Positions 21,783-33,237 of a DNA stretch of 64,000 nucleotides are shown in pieces. A program made the position numbers and the translations under genes. Under the pieces are notes generated by a model, which ran no database searches, was not told the DNA's origin, and saw nothing but the letters and a program-made list of their open reading frames with translations. The stretch covers positions 3,901,648 to 3,965,647 of the forward strand of contig SMSO01000014.1 of NCBI GenBank assembly GCA_004764695.1. The letters are read 5' to 3'. The number at the start of each line of letters is the position of its first letter. The stretch's first letter is position 1. This stretch comes from Schizochytrium sp. TIO01 (lineage: Eukaryota > Protista > Bigyra: Labyrinthulomycetes).

Positions 21783-24237
21783 GGCGCTCAGTGCAGCCCT
21801 CTGTCTGCTCTCGCTCTGCACTGCATCTGGTCAGTGCGATGAGACGCTGCTCTTCGGCATGATTTGCACAATCTTCGGCGCCCTAGTGACCTGGCGTCTG
21901 CCAGAACTAGAAGTGGAAACGATTCTCCGCGAGCTGAGTGGTCCTGGTCTGCAGACGGACGTGGTGGGCTGGGCAGAGGCTGCTCTGGGTGTTGAAATTG
22001 GCCGCAGTGCTGGAGCGGTTCTGTTTTCAGTGGGATGGGTAGCGGCTGGTGCTGGCGTGGTAGTTCTCGCACGGCACACGCTGCAAAAGTACTCCCCAGC
22101 GGCTTGCGTAGTGCTGTACTGCGCGTGTTTGAGCACGGTATTGCGGGACCGGGCAGCAGAGTCCCCTTGGGTGTTGGGCACGATTGTGGCAAGCATGTGC
22201 TTGCTATCGTTGAAGAGCAACCACGTGCTGAGGCTTCACATCGCGGCAGCGTGCTTTTGCGCGTGTATGTTACTGATGAGCGAGTGGGTGCAGAGGGACC
22301 CGCAGGAGACTGGCATTGAGATCGACCTTGTGCTTGGGCCCTCCGGCGTCAGCCTCTGCCTCACAGTTGGTCTCGGCGCCTGCCTTGTGCACGACCTGAC
22401 AGCAAACTTTTTACTGGAACCTGCAGTGGATTTCGCACACCTTTGCTACGTTTTGCTGTCCACCCTATTCAGTGTGGACTCCCTTTTGGAGCTCGTGTCA
22501 AAAAATATTGTGGCGCAAGAGCGACTTTCGTGGTTGACACCCAAAACTCAGGTCGCCAGTTTGCGCTGGGAGGACTGCCTCATGCGTTTGGGCCGTGTGC
22601 GTCTTGCAGCAGGGTGGCATGAGGTGCTCAAGTACGAGAATTTGGTAGCCATAGCACCGCTCTTCTGTGTATCGTTTGCACTTACGATGACGGTGCGAAG
22701 ACTGCTCTCACCAACCTCAGCGTGGCGTAGGGATCGCCCCAAGATTGCGATAGGACTCGTCTTGATGGCAGTGGCGATGCTACTTGTGTGGGTCTATGTC
22801 AATGAGTATTCGCATATTGTCAAAGTGGTAGCAAGTCCGGCAGCACTCACGATGGGCTCGGGGCTTGTCTACCTGTTGGTTTCACTCGTGACAGAATCTA
22901 CGAAATATCAGAGTATTGCTAAGGGGAAATGGTGGACAATGGTTTATTTTCGGACTGATGATGGATCGTCGAAAACAAATACCAGCCTCAGTATTGGAGG
23001 GGCAGAACACATGAACCGTAGCGAACCGCCTCCCTTCTTCATTCGTGGCGCTGATGACACCCGCGTGAAACACATTGTAGAAGAATTACGAGATCTTGAA
23101 AGCACATATAAGAACCTAACACTACAAGTGTACAAGCTCGAAAGAGCAAACGAACGTCCCGAGCAGCGCAGCAGTCCAGATCTCAGTTTAATGGACCAGC
23201 TCGCACGTCAACAGATCCAAGCTGCTAGCGTCGCTTGTCGCGCCGCGGTGGCTTCCGAGAAGATTGCGCTGCAACTCCGTGAGCTGGCCAGCGATGCTGA
23301 GACAGAGCGGGATCTACTCGTGTCGATCCGGAAGGATGCCAAAGCTCATGCAGCTGCGGGCATAGCACCTGGCAAACAGGCGCGCGATCAGCATTACATG
23401 GTTATTAAACGGCAAATGGATAATGCTATGAAGAGCTTTAAGTTCCTCCGTGAAGAAATGGAGGAGGCCGAGACCAAGGCTGAGACCTTGATGGAAAAGG
23501 CCCGGCGTGAACTTCGCCGGGCAGTGAAATACTACGCATCATGTCGACTTACAACGCGCGATAAGCAGATGCGTACTGACCTTGACAAACTCATGACGAC
23601 TCTCACTACACAAATTGATAAGCGGATTATGGATCCGGTGCAAATGAATCACCAGCTCGTTGAGGCAAAAAATCTGTTCAGAGACGAAACTCTCCGTGCA
23701 GGTCGCAGTTTGCCATCCGGAGCTTCTTCAGACGCAGGTCTAGATGATGGAAATCTGAATTCAGGCACCGGATTTGGTGCTAATGGTGGTACTCAACCCA
23801 CCCCATATGAGTTAGCAATGCAACGCAAAGGCATTTCATCTCGCGCCAATATCATGGATGAGGTCAGGGCAGATGAAACCACTGCTGCTGCAGCATTTAA
23901 TGAGGCTGGGTCCATGGGCTTCCAGACCATTCAGGGCGAAGGCGAACCTGAACTAACAACCTCTACAAAGTTTGCGCAATATGCGCAATTGAATAACGAA
24001 GCTTCTTCAAATCCTCGAATGGCAAGTTCATCAGAAATTTCGAAGTCCTCATCTCAGCGTAGTCGTCGTCGGCGTTGGTGGCCATTTTCGTCATCATCAT
24101 CGAGAAGCAAGAGGTCTTCGTCTGGCCCGATTGATGGCTCCAATGGGACTTCTTCCGACGGTTCGCAGCATGGGGAAAAGACCCACAAGAGCAAGTCTTT
24201 TAGGAGAAGTTTAAACCTTTCTAACAAACGAAAATGA
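21781..24237 (+). CDS. Uncharacterised multi-pass membrane protein with a C-terminal coiled coil and Ser/Arg-rich tail
   Basis: Long ORF (open from 21394) with about 10 hydrophobic segments followed by heptad-rich helices (VEELRDLESTYKNLTLQVYKLE; MEEAETKAETLMEKARRELRR). Start uncertain (21514, 21652 or 21781). Confidence 0.8.
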   Translation: MALSAALCLLSLCTASGQCDETLLFGMICTIFGALVTWRLPELEVETILRELSGPGLQTDVVGWAEAALGVEIGRSAGAVLFSVGWVAAGAGVVVLARHTLQKYSPAACVVLYCACLSTVLRDRAAESPWVLGTIVASMCLLSLKSNHVLRLHIAAACFCACMLLMSEWVQRDPQETGIEIDLVLGPSGVSLCLTVGLGACLVHDLTANFLLEPAVDFAHLCYVLLSTLFSVDSLLELVSKNIVAQERLSWLTPKTQVASLRWEDCLMRLGRVRLAAGWHEVLKYENLVAIAPLFCVSFALTMTVRRLLSPTSAWRRDRPKIAIGLVLMAVAMLLVWVYVNEYSHIVKVVASPAALTMGSGLVYLLVSLVTESTKYQSIAKGKWWTMVYFRTDDGSSKTNTSLSIGGAEHMNRSEPPPFFIRGADDTRVKHIVEELRDLESTYKNLTLQVYKLERANERPEQRSSPDLSLMDQLARQQIQAASVACRAAVASEKIALQLRELASDAETERDLLVSIRKDAKAHAAAGIAPGKQARDQHYMVIKRQMDNAMKSFKFLREEMEEAETKAETLMEKARRELRRAVKYYASCRLTTRDKQMRTDLDKLMTTLTTQIDKRIMDPVQMNHQLVEAKNLFRDETLRAGRSLPSGASSDAGLDDGNLNSGTGFGANGGTQPTPYELAMQRKGISSRANIMDEVRADETTAAAAFNEAGSMGFQTIQGEGEPELTTSTKFAQYAQLNNEASSNPRMASSSEISKSSSQRSRRRRWWPFSSSSSRSKRSSSGPIDGSNGTSSDGSQHGEKTHKSKSFRRSLNLSNKRK

Positions 24238-27200
24238 GATGATCACTCCAGAGTGTCATTCTCCATGACCAGCTTAAAGATCAAAGTACAATTGAATGAG
24301 GCGGGGGGCGAGAGGCTTTTATGTGGCAGCAGCTGCGGCGATAGTGATGATGAAGGTAATACCAACCTAATGAAATGGGCGATTTTGTCCGCACAGTTTT
24401 CCCCGTCAATCGTGTATATCGCATTTCCTGCCCGTGCCTCAAACTCCTTGCCCCACAGACCTTTTTTATTCTCTTATGTGCACCAGACCCACAAGAAACG
24501 AGAAAGATTGAAGACAGCAGGCACCATTGACGGACTTGTCCAGGGCTTGGATGAAGAAGGATATGTGCCTGCTCCAAAAAAGCGTTTTAACTCATGAGTT
24601 TGCGTATGCAATGTAGCTGTATGTTCCCGCTGCAATTGGCCTCTTGGCCTCTCTGCTTTTTTTGCTTGCCTTTTTTTGGCCTACCTATCTGCCACACTCA
24701 GAAATTACCTTTTATAAACAAAGCAAACATCTGTGTCTTTTGCATTCTAATAGTGGAAACCCCTTGCGATAGAGTCTATTTTTCAAGCAGAGCGCCCTTT
24801 CTTACTGTGGGTTTCACTTTACTTTCACATTGAGTTTTACAACTGAGCGACAGGCTAGTATCGTTGCCGGTCTGATGTAGATCCCTTTACAGTCTTGACG
24901 TTTTGGAGCCTCTGTTTTATGTCGCAAGTCACCCATCTAAGGGTCGCTGCAACACATAATTTCCCCGTTGGTAACAATTATGGTTTTTGCTAATCTGCCA
25001 GGTCGTGCGTTTGCTCGTCTACTTGACCTGAGATGTGCGAAGGACACAGAACAGAGCTGGCGGATTCAATTTGGTTGTTCTGCTTACTAGGCAGTCTCTT
25101 GCACCAATAGGCTGTATCTTGTTCTATTGACGGTACCTAGTAGTTAGTGTCCACCGCCTAGGCAATATGGTTCCTGCCAAGGTTATGTTGCATAATTTCT
25201 ATACCCAATGAAATACATACAACCCGGGCTTCTAGCCGGGTTAGCGTTATTTTCTAATTCAAACGAAACTGCAGGTACCCCACTGGAGTGAATTCTCTAC
25301 TCTGCAACATGGTCGAGATTCCATACAATGTCGCATGACCTAGCCGTGCCAAGTCTGTCCTATGGCGCAACAAAAAAGACCTCGCTGAAGATGATTTTGC
25401 TCGGTTAGCTGGAGTTCGCACTGACTGACTGCAGCGAAAACTAGGCGAGCTTCGTTTCATGACGTCATTATCGCCTTATTTTTCATCGCCGAATCTGTAT
25501 TGCGCAATACGACCTCAGTATGGTCTCTTTCCAATACTTACTACGAAACCGACTGGACTTTGTGCATTAGAGCGTATACTACGAGCTCCATCTTTGTCTA
25601 AGCTTGCGATGTTTAGCGACAATGTCTGCAGCAGACACGACTTATATCCCTGTTTCTGTGGTGTAAGACATCGTGTGAAGGCCAGTGAATCTGATTTCTC
25701 GACATCCTCCTTTTTTTTAAACCCGCTTTCAATGATGCAATCAATCACTAAAAAACATGTACGGAAGAAAGGTACTCCAGCTTGCGATGATTGGCGACCT
25801 TGGCCAGGCCGCGGAGCCTGTTCCAATCGGGTCTGAGCGAGGCCAGCCGCATGCTATTGACTCGCGCAATTTAGTTTGCGAACTATCGACCTCAATTCGT
25901 GGATTCAAACAACAAATGATTTCAATCGCTGGAGAAGAATAGGGAGTTAGCAAGCAGACTACACGTGGTCCGGTGGGTCATGAAAAGAACAGAGATGTGT
26001 TCTGTTACGGGTATGTACTTCAGAAGCGAGTTGTTAGCAGATTCCTGACGGCTTTTCATCAAAATCAACTGGAAAGTCAACAGCCTTGGTAGATCAAACG
26101 TGGAACACCCTCTCCTCTTCCTTCTACGTTGGTAGGCATCAATCTATCAATCTATCAATCCATATATTCAGAAACTAGCTGCTATCTTGCACGTGGCGCG
26201 GACCCTCAGTTGAAAGTTCTCCACAAACGAACGTGGCACATTGAACGAGTTTCAATATTATTGCCTTGATACCAGATCCCAGATTGCTTGCTGATTCCCA
26301 TACAAAAGCCCGAGTAAACCCGCAACAGACAGGCACTTGTAGTGTTTTACCTCGAAACTCACGCGCAGCTATAGGTCAGCGCACGTTCTCTTCTTACATT
26401 ATTCTCACATCAAAGTAGTTCCCCGCAGCCCCCTCCTAAAGGGCCCTTTCCGAGATTTTCGCCGCTATGGCCCATATTATCTAATACACAGTGGTATGAG
26501 AGGGCATGAGCCTCAGTGGGAATACCCGTGGGGGAACAACGAAACAGCGAGCGAAAGAACGAACCTCTCGATCGAACCCAGAGAAACCCACGCTCGCATG
26601 GCCATCAGCATCCCAAACCGAAGTATGAGCGCCCCCAAGACTCCCCAACTCTCGTGCTAAAGCTTGCTTTGTCTGAGGCCTCCTACGCTCTTGGGCGTCA
26701 GATCCTGCGTGCTAGAGTTCCTTTCGCGCTCCACTCCAAAGGAGTCAATAAAACTTTGAGGATGATGCTCTGCAGCGACGACAGTTGTGACTTATATTAC
26801 AGGACACGGAGCGGATCTGAACTAATTCCTTTTTATTTGAATGTTTGTTTGAATGTTTGTTTGAAAAGGTGTTTGTGGTCCAAGAAAGAGGTTTTCGATC
26901 TCCAAACACGATTTGAAGATAGCGAGAGATTGGACCTCGATATGATTCTTACACTTGGACGAGACGGGGTGGTGGAGACAGCGCCGCCACCGCTTAGACT
27001 TTTTGTTTTGACGGGACCTGGACGCTTGCAGTGCCGTACGAGCGAGGGGTGTGACTTCGAATTTTGATTTCAAATTCAAAATGTGGACCAATGGCTCTGG
27101 ATCATCAGCGTCAGCCCGGGTGCGGCTGTGGCGCATATCACGCGCGCTCGCCCGTAGTGCACACGGACCATAGGGAAGAGGAGTGAGATCCACAGCGGCT

Positions 27201-27980
27201 GGCCTCAAACAGACTTCCGTGGAGCTTTAACGAAGAAGAAGAGGAGGAAGAGGAAGCGCCCTCCCAGTACAGAAATTTAGGAAACCGGATGGGCTTAGAA
27301 TCCTGAAATTTGAAATTGGCTTTTTGCAGCACAAGAACGATGGCAGCTTGCAAATGAAGAGAACGCCATCATTCTCACAGAAGATATAACTCTCAGCGCA
27401 TTCAAAGCGGGTTCATGATCTCTTTGTGGCCTTACACTAGTGGTATCACGATGATGTCTTTGTGCGGAGGCTACAGATTGTCCAGAATTGAGAAATGAAG
27501 CAACTTGAAATTCCAATTCACAACTAACTTGAGAACCTCTGCCAGATACAATCACCTCAAAAGATGCGCTGCCTAGCTAGCTTCGTTCTTGAACTTTGCT
27601 TTTGCATTGCATAGTCGTGCTCGCCCAGATAGTACAGCTAGGTAGCAGCTTCTTCGGTGCTCTTGGAGCAGCTGCTTCCGTTCATTCTTTCTTTCTCCTC
27701 CATCGTGATTGAGTTTGAGTTTGCCAGTACTACTGCAGTAGTAGGGTACCTACTACATTTTCGCATAACTTGGGTCTTCCGCTTAACCTTTTTAATTAAC
27801 TTGAAGGGCAAATTGTTCTTACTTCATTCATGCAAGACGCATTGCGCGTGGTCTGTTGATTGATGCACGACCGGTCTTCCTGCTCAAGGTGTTGAATGTT
27901 CAGACAGCCAGGTCCTCGCTTCTTCCACTTCGAGGATTGCTAATTTACGATTAATGTCACCTCTCCGACAACAACTATTT

Positions 27981-28003
27981 CAACAACAACAACAACAACA
28001 ACA
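27981..28003. repeat. (CAA)n tract
   Basis: Direct observation. Confidence 0.9.
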
Positions 28004-28326
28004 AAAACCTCGTGTAGATTTCTTTCTATGCTTTTTCATGCACTAGTGGGCAGTACAGACCCTCGCTCGCTGTCTCGCTCTGCTGTTGACGGACCTGCAG
28101 AGCTGGAGCCCTTGTCTTGAGTCTCACGGGGTTGGGTTCGTGGCTTCGTTTGTCTGCTCGTTCATTCATGAGGCCATTCAGTTGGGTTTGTGTGATGTGA
28201 TTGATGGGTCTTGGAGTTCTCTGATATTTAGGTAGAATCGAATAAGCTGAGGAAGAAATAGAGAAACCCCTTCCATCCTTTTCTTGAAGCAGCGACTACT
28301 ACGTATATGAGTAGATCATGGTAGGC

Positions 28327-28330
<4 letters not shown>

Positions 28331-28358
<28 letters not shown>
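28331..28358. repeat. (AG)n microsatellite
   Basis: Direct observation. Confidence 0.95.
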
Positions 28359-28362
<4 letters not shown>

Positions 28363-28976
28363 TGAGGAATTAAAGAAGAAGGAGAAAAAAAGCAGAAACG
28401 GTGTGCCAGAGTCATCAGATCAGCAGCCATTGTTGTTTGTTATAATTGCTTGTTATCATCACTTTTCATCAGTAGTTCATCACTCTTGTCGTCATTCACC
28501 AAACCTCCTTGGCGAGAACTACGAGCGAGTGAGTTATGGATTGAGCGAGTGGGTGCACCGGTGTAGCGAAAGGGCTGAGGTGTGTGGGACCTGAACCTCT
28601 GCAGCGAGCGACACGCGATGGCTTCCTCAGGGTGCTGACAACCAAGTCGATTGAATGCTGAGTTGAGATTCAGTCACTGGAGTACACGGATGTGAGCGTC
28701 TCGTCTTTTGCTTGTATAGACCTTCGAAGCTCTGCGAAAAACCACTTAACATAGGAGGCTACCCTTGGAAGATAAATTATGAAGGTGAAGACGGATGGAG
28801 TGACTGACTGATGAATGTGCACTTGTATATGGTCTTTATTGATATTGATTTAATGATGGTGGTGATAATGATCTCACTTTACATCTTCGACATACCTACA
28901 ACATCTCGTGAGCTTGTTTCCCGGCAATAGTCGTGAATACTGCGCAACGCAGAGTTTACAATAGTGGATAGAGAGT

Positions 28977-30512
28977 ATGGCTACCGCGGTGGAACGTGCT
29001 AACCAGCCCGATGTGGCGACGGAGGCCTCAGGCCCTGAGGAAAAAGCCCAGGCCCAAGAGCTGCTCAAGAGGCTAACATCAACCACCTCGTGGACCAAGG
29101 ACGATGTAGTCAAGTCTTTGACAATTCCTCGTGGTGAAGAGTATCTTGAAAGCACTCTGATCCGTTTCTTGCGTGCCCGTAAGGGAGATATTGCTAAATC
29201 AAGCGAGATGATGAGTGAGGCACTTGAATTCCGCAAGCAGCATGATGTGGATAACATTCTGGAAAAGCCAATTGCCAAGGAACTTTTGCGCCACATTCGC
29301 AAGGGTATCTATGACGGCTTCTTGCCCTCTTTCGACACCTTTGGTCGCCCCATCTATGTTCTGCGTGGAGGTGCTAGCAACGACGCTCTGCACAGCCTAC
29401 TGAAGGAAAACCCAACTGGCTACGCCGATGATTGGGATATCCATCTGTTGGAAGATGCCTTTGTACATTGGCATCTCATCATGATCGAGTATTTGACAAC
29501 AGTTCTCTTCGCAGAGGCTACCAAGAAGGCCGGCCGCTTGATTAACAAGTACATCGTCATTGATGACCTTAAGGGCCTTACCCTTCACGGAATCAAGGGC
29601 CTGTACAAAATCATCAGTTGCTTTAAAAAGACTACTGTCATCGATCAGCTCCTCTACCCTGAGCTTCTTGGCATGCTCATGTTCTGCAACAGTCCTTCTG
29701 TTTTCCGTGCCCCGTACAAACTCATTTCCAGCTTTCTTGAGGGTGACACTACTCGTAAGATCTTTGTTTTGGGTGGAGAATCACAATTTCGCCCAGCTCT
29801 TGATGTGGTAGCCAAGCGCGAGCAACTCCCCGAATTCTTCGGTGGTACCCTTAAGGGCCACCATGTATCAACGTATGAAAGCCCCGACACTGTTATGTAC
29901 GATCGCATCGACGACTTTGTAGCTGAGAATGGCAAGCGTGCAGGTTTTGACATTGAGAAGCGCAGCACTGCATTCACCAAAATCCATCTTCCTGCCAAGG
30001 CTGAGGAGTCTGTGGCTGTCAAAGTTAATGAAGGCGAGGTCGTTGAGTGGCAGCTCACAGTTGAGGCGCATGACGTGAGTTACCGTGCAGTTTTCCAACC
30101 TGATAAGGATGGTGCCGCGTCGCAGGTTGTCGATGAGCCTGCCAGGAACCCGCATGCATCTGACATTCGCTGGCACAACAGCTACCACGCTGAGCAGCCG
30201 GGCACCTTGACAATTTGGGTGAGCAATAAGCACAGCCGCATGCGGTCTAAGACTGTCTTGTACAGAATTTACACCTGGCAGCCCCAGGCCAAGCCAGAAG
30301 ATAACGCCGAGAAGGCCGCACAGGTTGTCGAGGGAGAGACTGTCCCCACTGAAGCTACCCCAGCATCCACTGCACAGGCAGCTAGTGCTGCCCCGGCTAC
30401 TGCTGTCCCGGCTACTGCTGAAGGTGCCTCTACGGATAGTACTGTTCCTGCTAAAATTGCAGAGACCAATGGAACTCCTCAGCCGCCTGTTGCACCAACA
30501 ACTGAGGAGTAA
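28977..30512 (+). CDS. SEC14-like lipid-transfer protein (CRAL-TRIO N + CRAL-TRIO + GOLD)
   Basis: LIRFLRARKGDI..S.EM..EALEFRK, D.FGRPIY, IDDLKG, YPELLG...N.P..F...YKLI..FL...T..KI and QLPEFFGG motifs. GOLD domain WQLTVEAHDVSY...PGTLTIWVSNKHSRMRSKTVLY. Confidence 0.93.
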   Translation: MATAVERANQPDVATEASGPEEKAQAQELLKRLTSTTSWTKDDVVKSLTIPRGEEYLESTLIRFLRARKGDIAKSSEMMSEALEFRKQHDVDNILEKPIAKELLRHIRKGIYDGFLPSFDTFGRPIYVLRGGASNDALHSLLKENPTGYADDWDIHLLEDAFVHWHLIMIEYLTTVLFAEATKKAGRLINKYIVIDDLKGLTLHGIKGLYKIISCFKKTTVIDQLLYPELLGMLMFCNSPSVFRAPYKLISSFLEGDTTRKIFVLGGESQFRPALDVVAKREQLPEFFGGTLKGHHVSTYESPDTVMYDRIDDFVAENGKRAGFDIEKRSTAFTKIHLPAKAEESVAVKVNEGEVVEWQLTVEAHDVSYRAVFQPDKDGAASQVVDEPARNPHASDIRWHNSYHAEQPGTLTIWVSNKHSRMRSKTVLYRIYTWQPQAKPEDNAEKAAQVVEGETVPTEATPASTAQAASAAPATAVPATAEGASTDSTVPAKIAETNGTPQPPVAPTTEE

Positions 30513-31393
30513 AACATCAATGCCAATACTAAAACAACCAACTGTCATGTTACTATGACAACAACTGACTCCCTGTTGATTGATTTAGCGAAAGGTCTCT
30601 GCTCTAAGATTACTATCAACACTATCACAAATATAATAGAGAGAGACATGTTACCTATTTCTCGTCATGAAGGTCGCTCTTTTTGTCACCTTAACGCGCA
30701 TTTTTTTAAAATTGCCTTACACCCTCCATAATTACTATTGCAAGCGAACAAACATAAACATACCAGCTGCTTCTTCTTCCCAAGGTCGGGGTAAAGGTTA
30801 GGTGACTTAGGCGGTAACATGCCTGCAGCATACAAGATTCGCGAAAACAAGTGAGCATCTAAACAGGAGAAATACATTTGGAAGTATCACGTAATACCCT
30901 TTCTCCTCGAGTTCATAATCAACTTGTGATGTCAATGTAGAGACCTACCGCGGGTCTGGGATCGAAATTTTATGCTACTGTCAACGGGGGAAGATGGACC
31001 AGAAGAAAGCATATTCTAGATCCGTTGCTTCTATATTGCATTCAGAACTTTTTAATGCGCAGTTCTAGAGTGGTTTAGTCTCAACCTTACTTTATCCCCC
31101 ATAATTCTTTTTGTTCTTTCTATTCTAGCGACTAATGATGCATTTTGATTCTTTACACCGTGAAATCAAATTGAATCGATACTTGTGTCAATATCGATCA
31201 ATATGTGCTTACAATTTTATGACCATTTAGTTTGATTTGTTCTAAAATCTAAAGTAAAACATCAGATCATTGAATCAATTGGAATTAGTGCTTGTGGAAA
31301 CGCCGGGGGAAATGCTCCTACAACTCAATGACAGTAGATTACTTTTATAATGAAAAGTTACAGCAAAGTCGCAGACAAGTGTTTTCTTCAATG

Positions 31394-31477
31394 TTAATTA
31401 TGATGAGTCAAATGAATCAATCAAGCTCTCACAAGAGTTTTTTTGGAAATTAATTATGATGAGTCAAATGAATCAAT
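31394..31477. repeat. 28-bp perfect direct repeat (x2) separated by 28 bp
   Basis: TTAATTATGATGAGTCAAATGAATCAAT at 31394-31421 and 31450-31477. Confidence 0.9.
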
Positions 31478-31569
31478 AAAGTTAGACAGGACCTTCCATG
31501 GCCTTTGAAAAACAAATGCCCAATTCCAAGAGTTGAATAAAGCGTTGAACAGAGCGTTGCTGAAGTGCA

Positions 31570-32634
31570 TCAGCCGCCCCAGAGATAGCTGAACCATCCC
31601 TGTGGCTTGCGCTCCAGGATGAAGCATTTCTCGTAGCATTCAGAAAACGGCACAACATCCACAATGTCCACGACCTCCCATCTGGACTCAAGTGTATCAA
31701 AAAAGCTCTTGTCCGCATGCGCACCACCGCGACCCTCGCCAACATAGACGAGATGTTTGCCCTTAAATTTGCTCAAGCACTTGGAGGCCATGTCAGTCGG
31801 AGGAGGGGCCACCAGCAATAGTGTCCGGTCGCTGTGCTTACGGAGGACATCCTGGTTACCCTCAAGCACACCAGTTTGCTCCTTGTCCTTTTCAGAAGGC
31901 AAGTAAAGCTGCGAATAGTCGTCGTAAGCAATAATGTCGACCTTGTAAGTGTTGGCAAGTTCGTTCTTCCACTGTCCATAGCCAGCACCCATCTCAACGA
32001 GCGGGCCGAGAGCTGCGATCTTTTTCATGGCCTCGTCAGACCACTTTACACAGCCATATTCACGCAGATACTCATCGCGAGCGTGTGCTTGGTCAGGAGC
32101 AACCCCAAAGATGAGTTGCTGGGCCTCGCGGTTCACGGCCTCCTTGAGCTTGTGCATTTCCATGCGAAAGTCACGTTCGGAGATTTCGCGGCGGTTCAGG
32201 CGCTCCTGCAGCAAAAAGATGCGATTGCGAGCCTTTGCGCGAAGGTTGAGCATCTCGCGCTCGCGAGCGTCGCGGACCTCGATGCCGGCCACAAGCTCAG
32301 GGTAGACGAAAGGGCTGACATCAGCGACCTTGGAGGTCTCGGCTGTGCTCTCAGAGGTCTTGGTTGGGTTGACTTCGGGGACCTTGGCGGAGGCAGCTTC
32401 CGAAGGTGCTGCCTCAGCATCTGCGAAACGGGAACCTGGAGCAAGGGCCCAAGCAGACCCAGCAAGAGCCACAATGCCAGCCGCAGCCGTCCAAGTTGAG
32501 GTTGAGGTTGGCGATGCAGAGGCCTGCAGCCGCGAACGCGCCACAGAAAGGCTACGGGAGGAGACTCGGCAAGAGGTCACGCGAGAGAGACCACCGAGGC
32601 CCACGCGAAGCGGGCTCGCCAAAGTCGATGCCAT
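31570..32634 (-). CDS. Class I SAM-dependent methyltransferase-like protein with mitochondrial presequence and TM anchor
   Basis: Arg/Ser-rich N-terminus, hydrophobic WTAAAGIVALAGSAWAL, motif I LVEMGAGYGQW, DIIAYDD, RTLLLVAPP and LVYVGEGRGG. First ATG at 32634. Confidence 0.8.
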   Translation of the reverse strand: MASTLASPLRVGLGGLSRVTSCRVSSRSLSVARSRLQASASPTSTSTWTAAAGIVALAGSAWALAPGSRFADAEAAPSEAASAKVPEVNPTKTSESTAETSKVADVSPFVYPELVAGIEVRDAREREMLNLRAKARNRIFLLQERLNRREISERDFRMEMHKLKEAVNREAQQLIFGVAPDQAHARDEYLREYGCVKWSDEAMKKIAALGPLVEMGAGYGQWKNELANTYKVDIIAYDDYSQLYLPSEKDKEQTGVLEGNQDVLRKHSDRTLLLVAPPPTDMASKCLSKFKGKHLVYVGEGRGGAHADKSFFDTLESRWEVVDIVDVVPFSECYEKCFILERKPQGWFSYLWGG

Positions 32635-33237
32635 AGTTTGCAAATGCAGTGCAGTGCAATTCGAGAATTGCCTCTAGGTACTAGTAGTTGTACTACAACT
32701 TTCTTTCTCGCAATAGCCTTTTATTTTGTTAATGAACCAACAAAGCGGTGTAGGAGAAACAAGAAAAAAAGCATAACAAAGAAAACACAATGAATTTGGG
32801 TTGCGATCTTGATGAGATCAGGCCAACAATTGGTAACCAAGGAAAACACGAGTTGGTTTAAAGGGATAACATCTTTCAAAAAAGAAACTAAACATGAACG
32901 ATTTGGTGCAAGTCCTTCGATTTTTCAGGAGTAACAAATGAATGAGGTTGAAAAGGAGAGATGTCAATGCATTCATTGTTGGATGATCAGGTAAAGAATG
33001 TATAGGAACGAGATAACTTCTTCGAAGTCCTCATGTTTGGTGCTTGTGTTCCATTAACTAACAGGAAAGAATAGACCAGAGATGTAAAGAAGAAAATGAA
33101 GGACCTGGTGAAAAGTTGGCATGCGGCTACCTTCTATCTTACTACGAAGTAGAAGAAGGCATACCTTGACTTAGTCCCATGACTACGATAGCTTTGCTTT
33201 GTTAATTTGTAGGAAATTAAAAAACGTGGCTATTAAA

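Noticed and set aside
24253-27900. Numerous short ORFs between the membrane-protein gene and the SEC14-like gene
   Set aside because: No recognisable domains or consistent coding strand; probably intergenic, promoter or 5' UTR intron sequence.
31394-31477. CRISPR-like repeat-spacer-repeat
   Set aside because: Only two units, eukaryotic context and no cas genes; not called as CRISPR.
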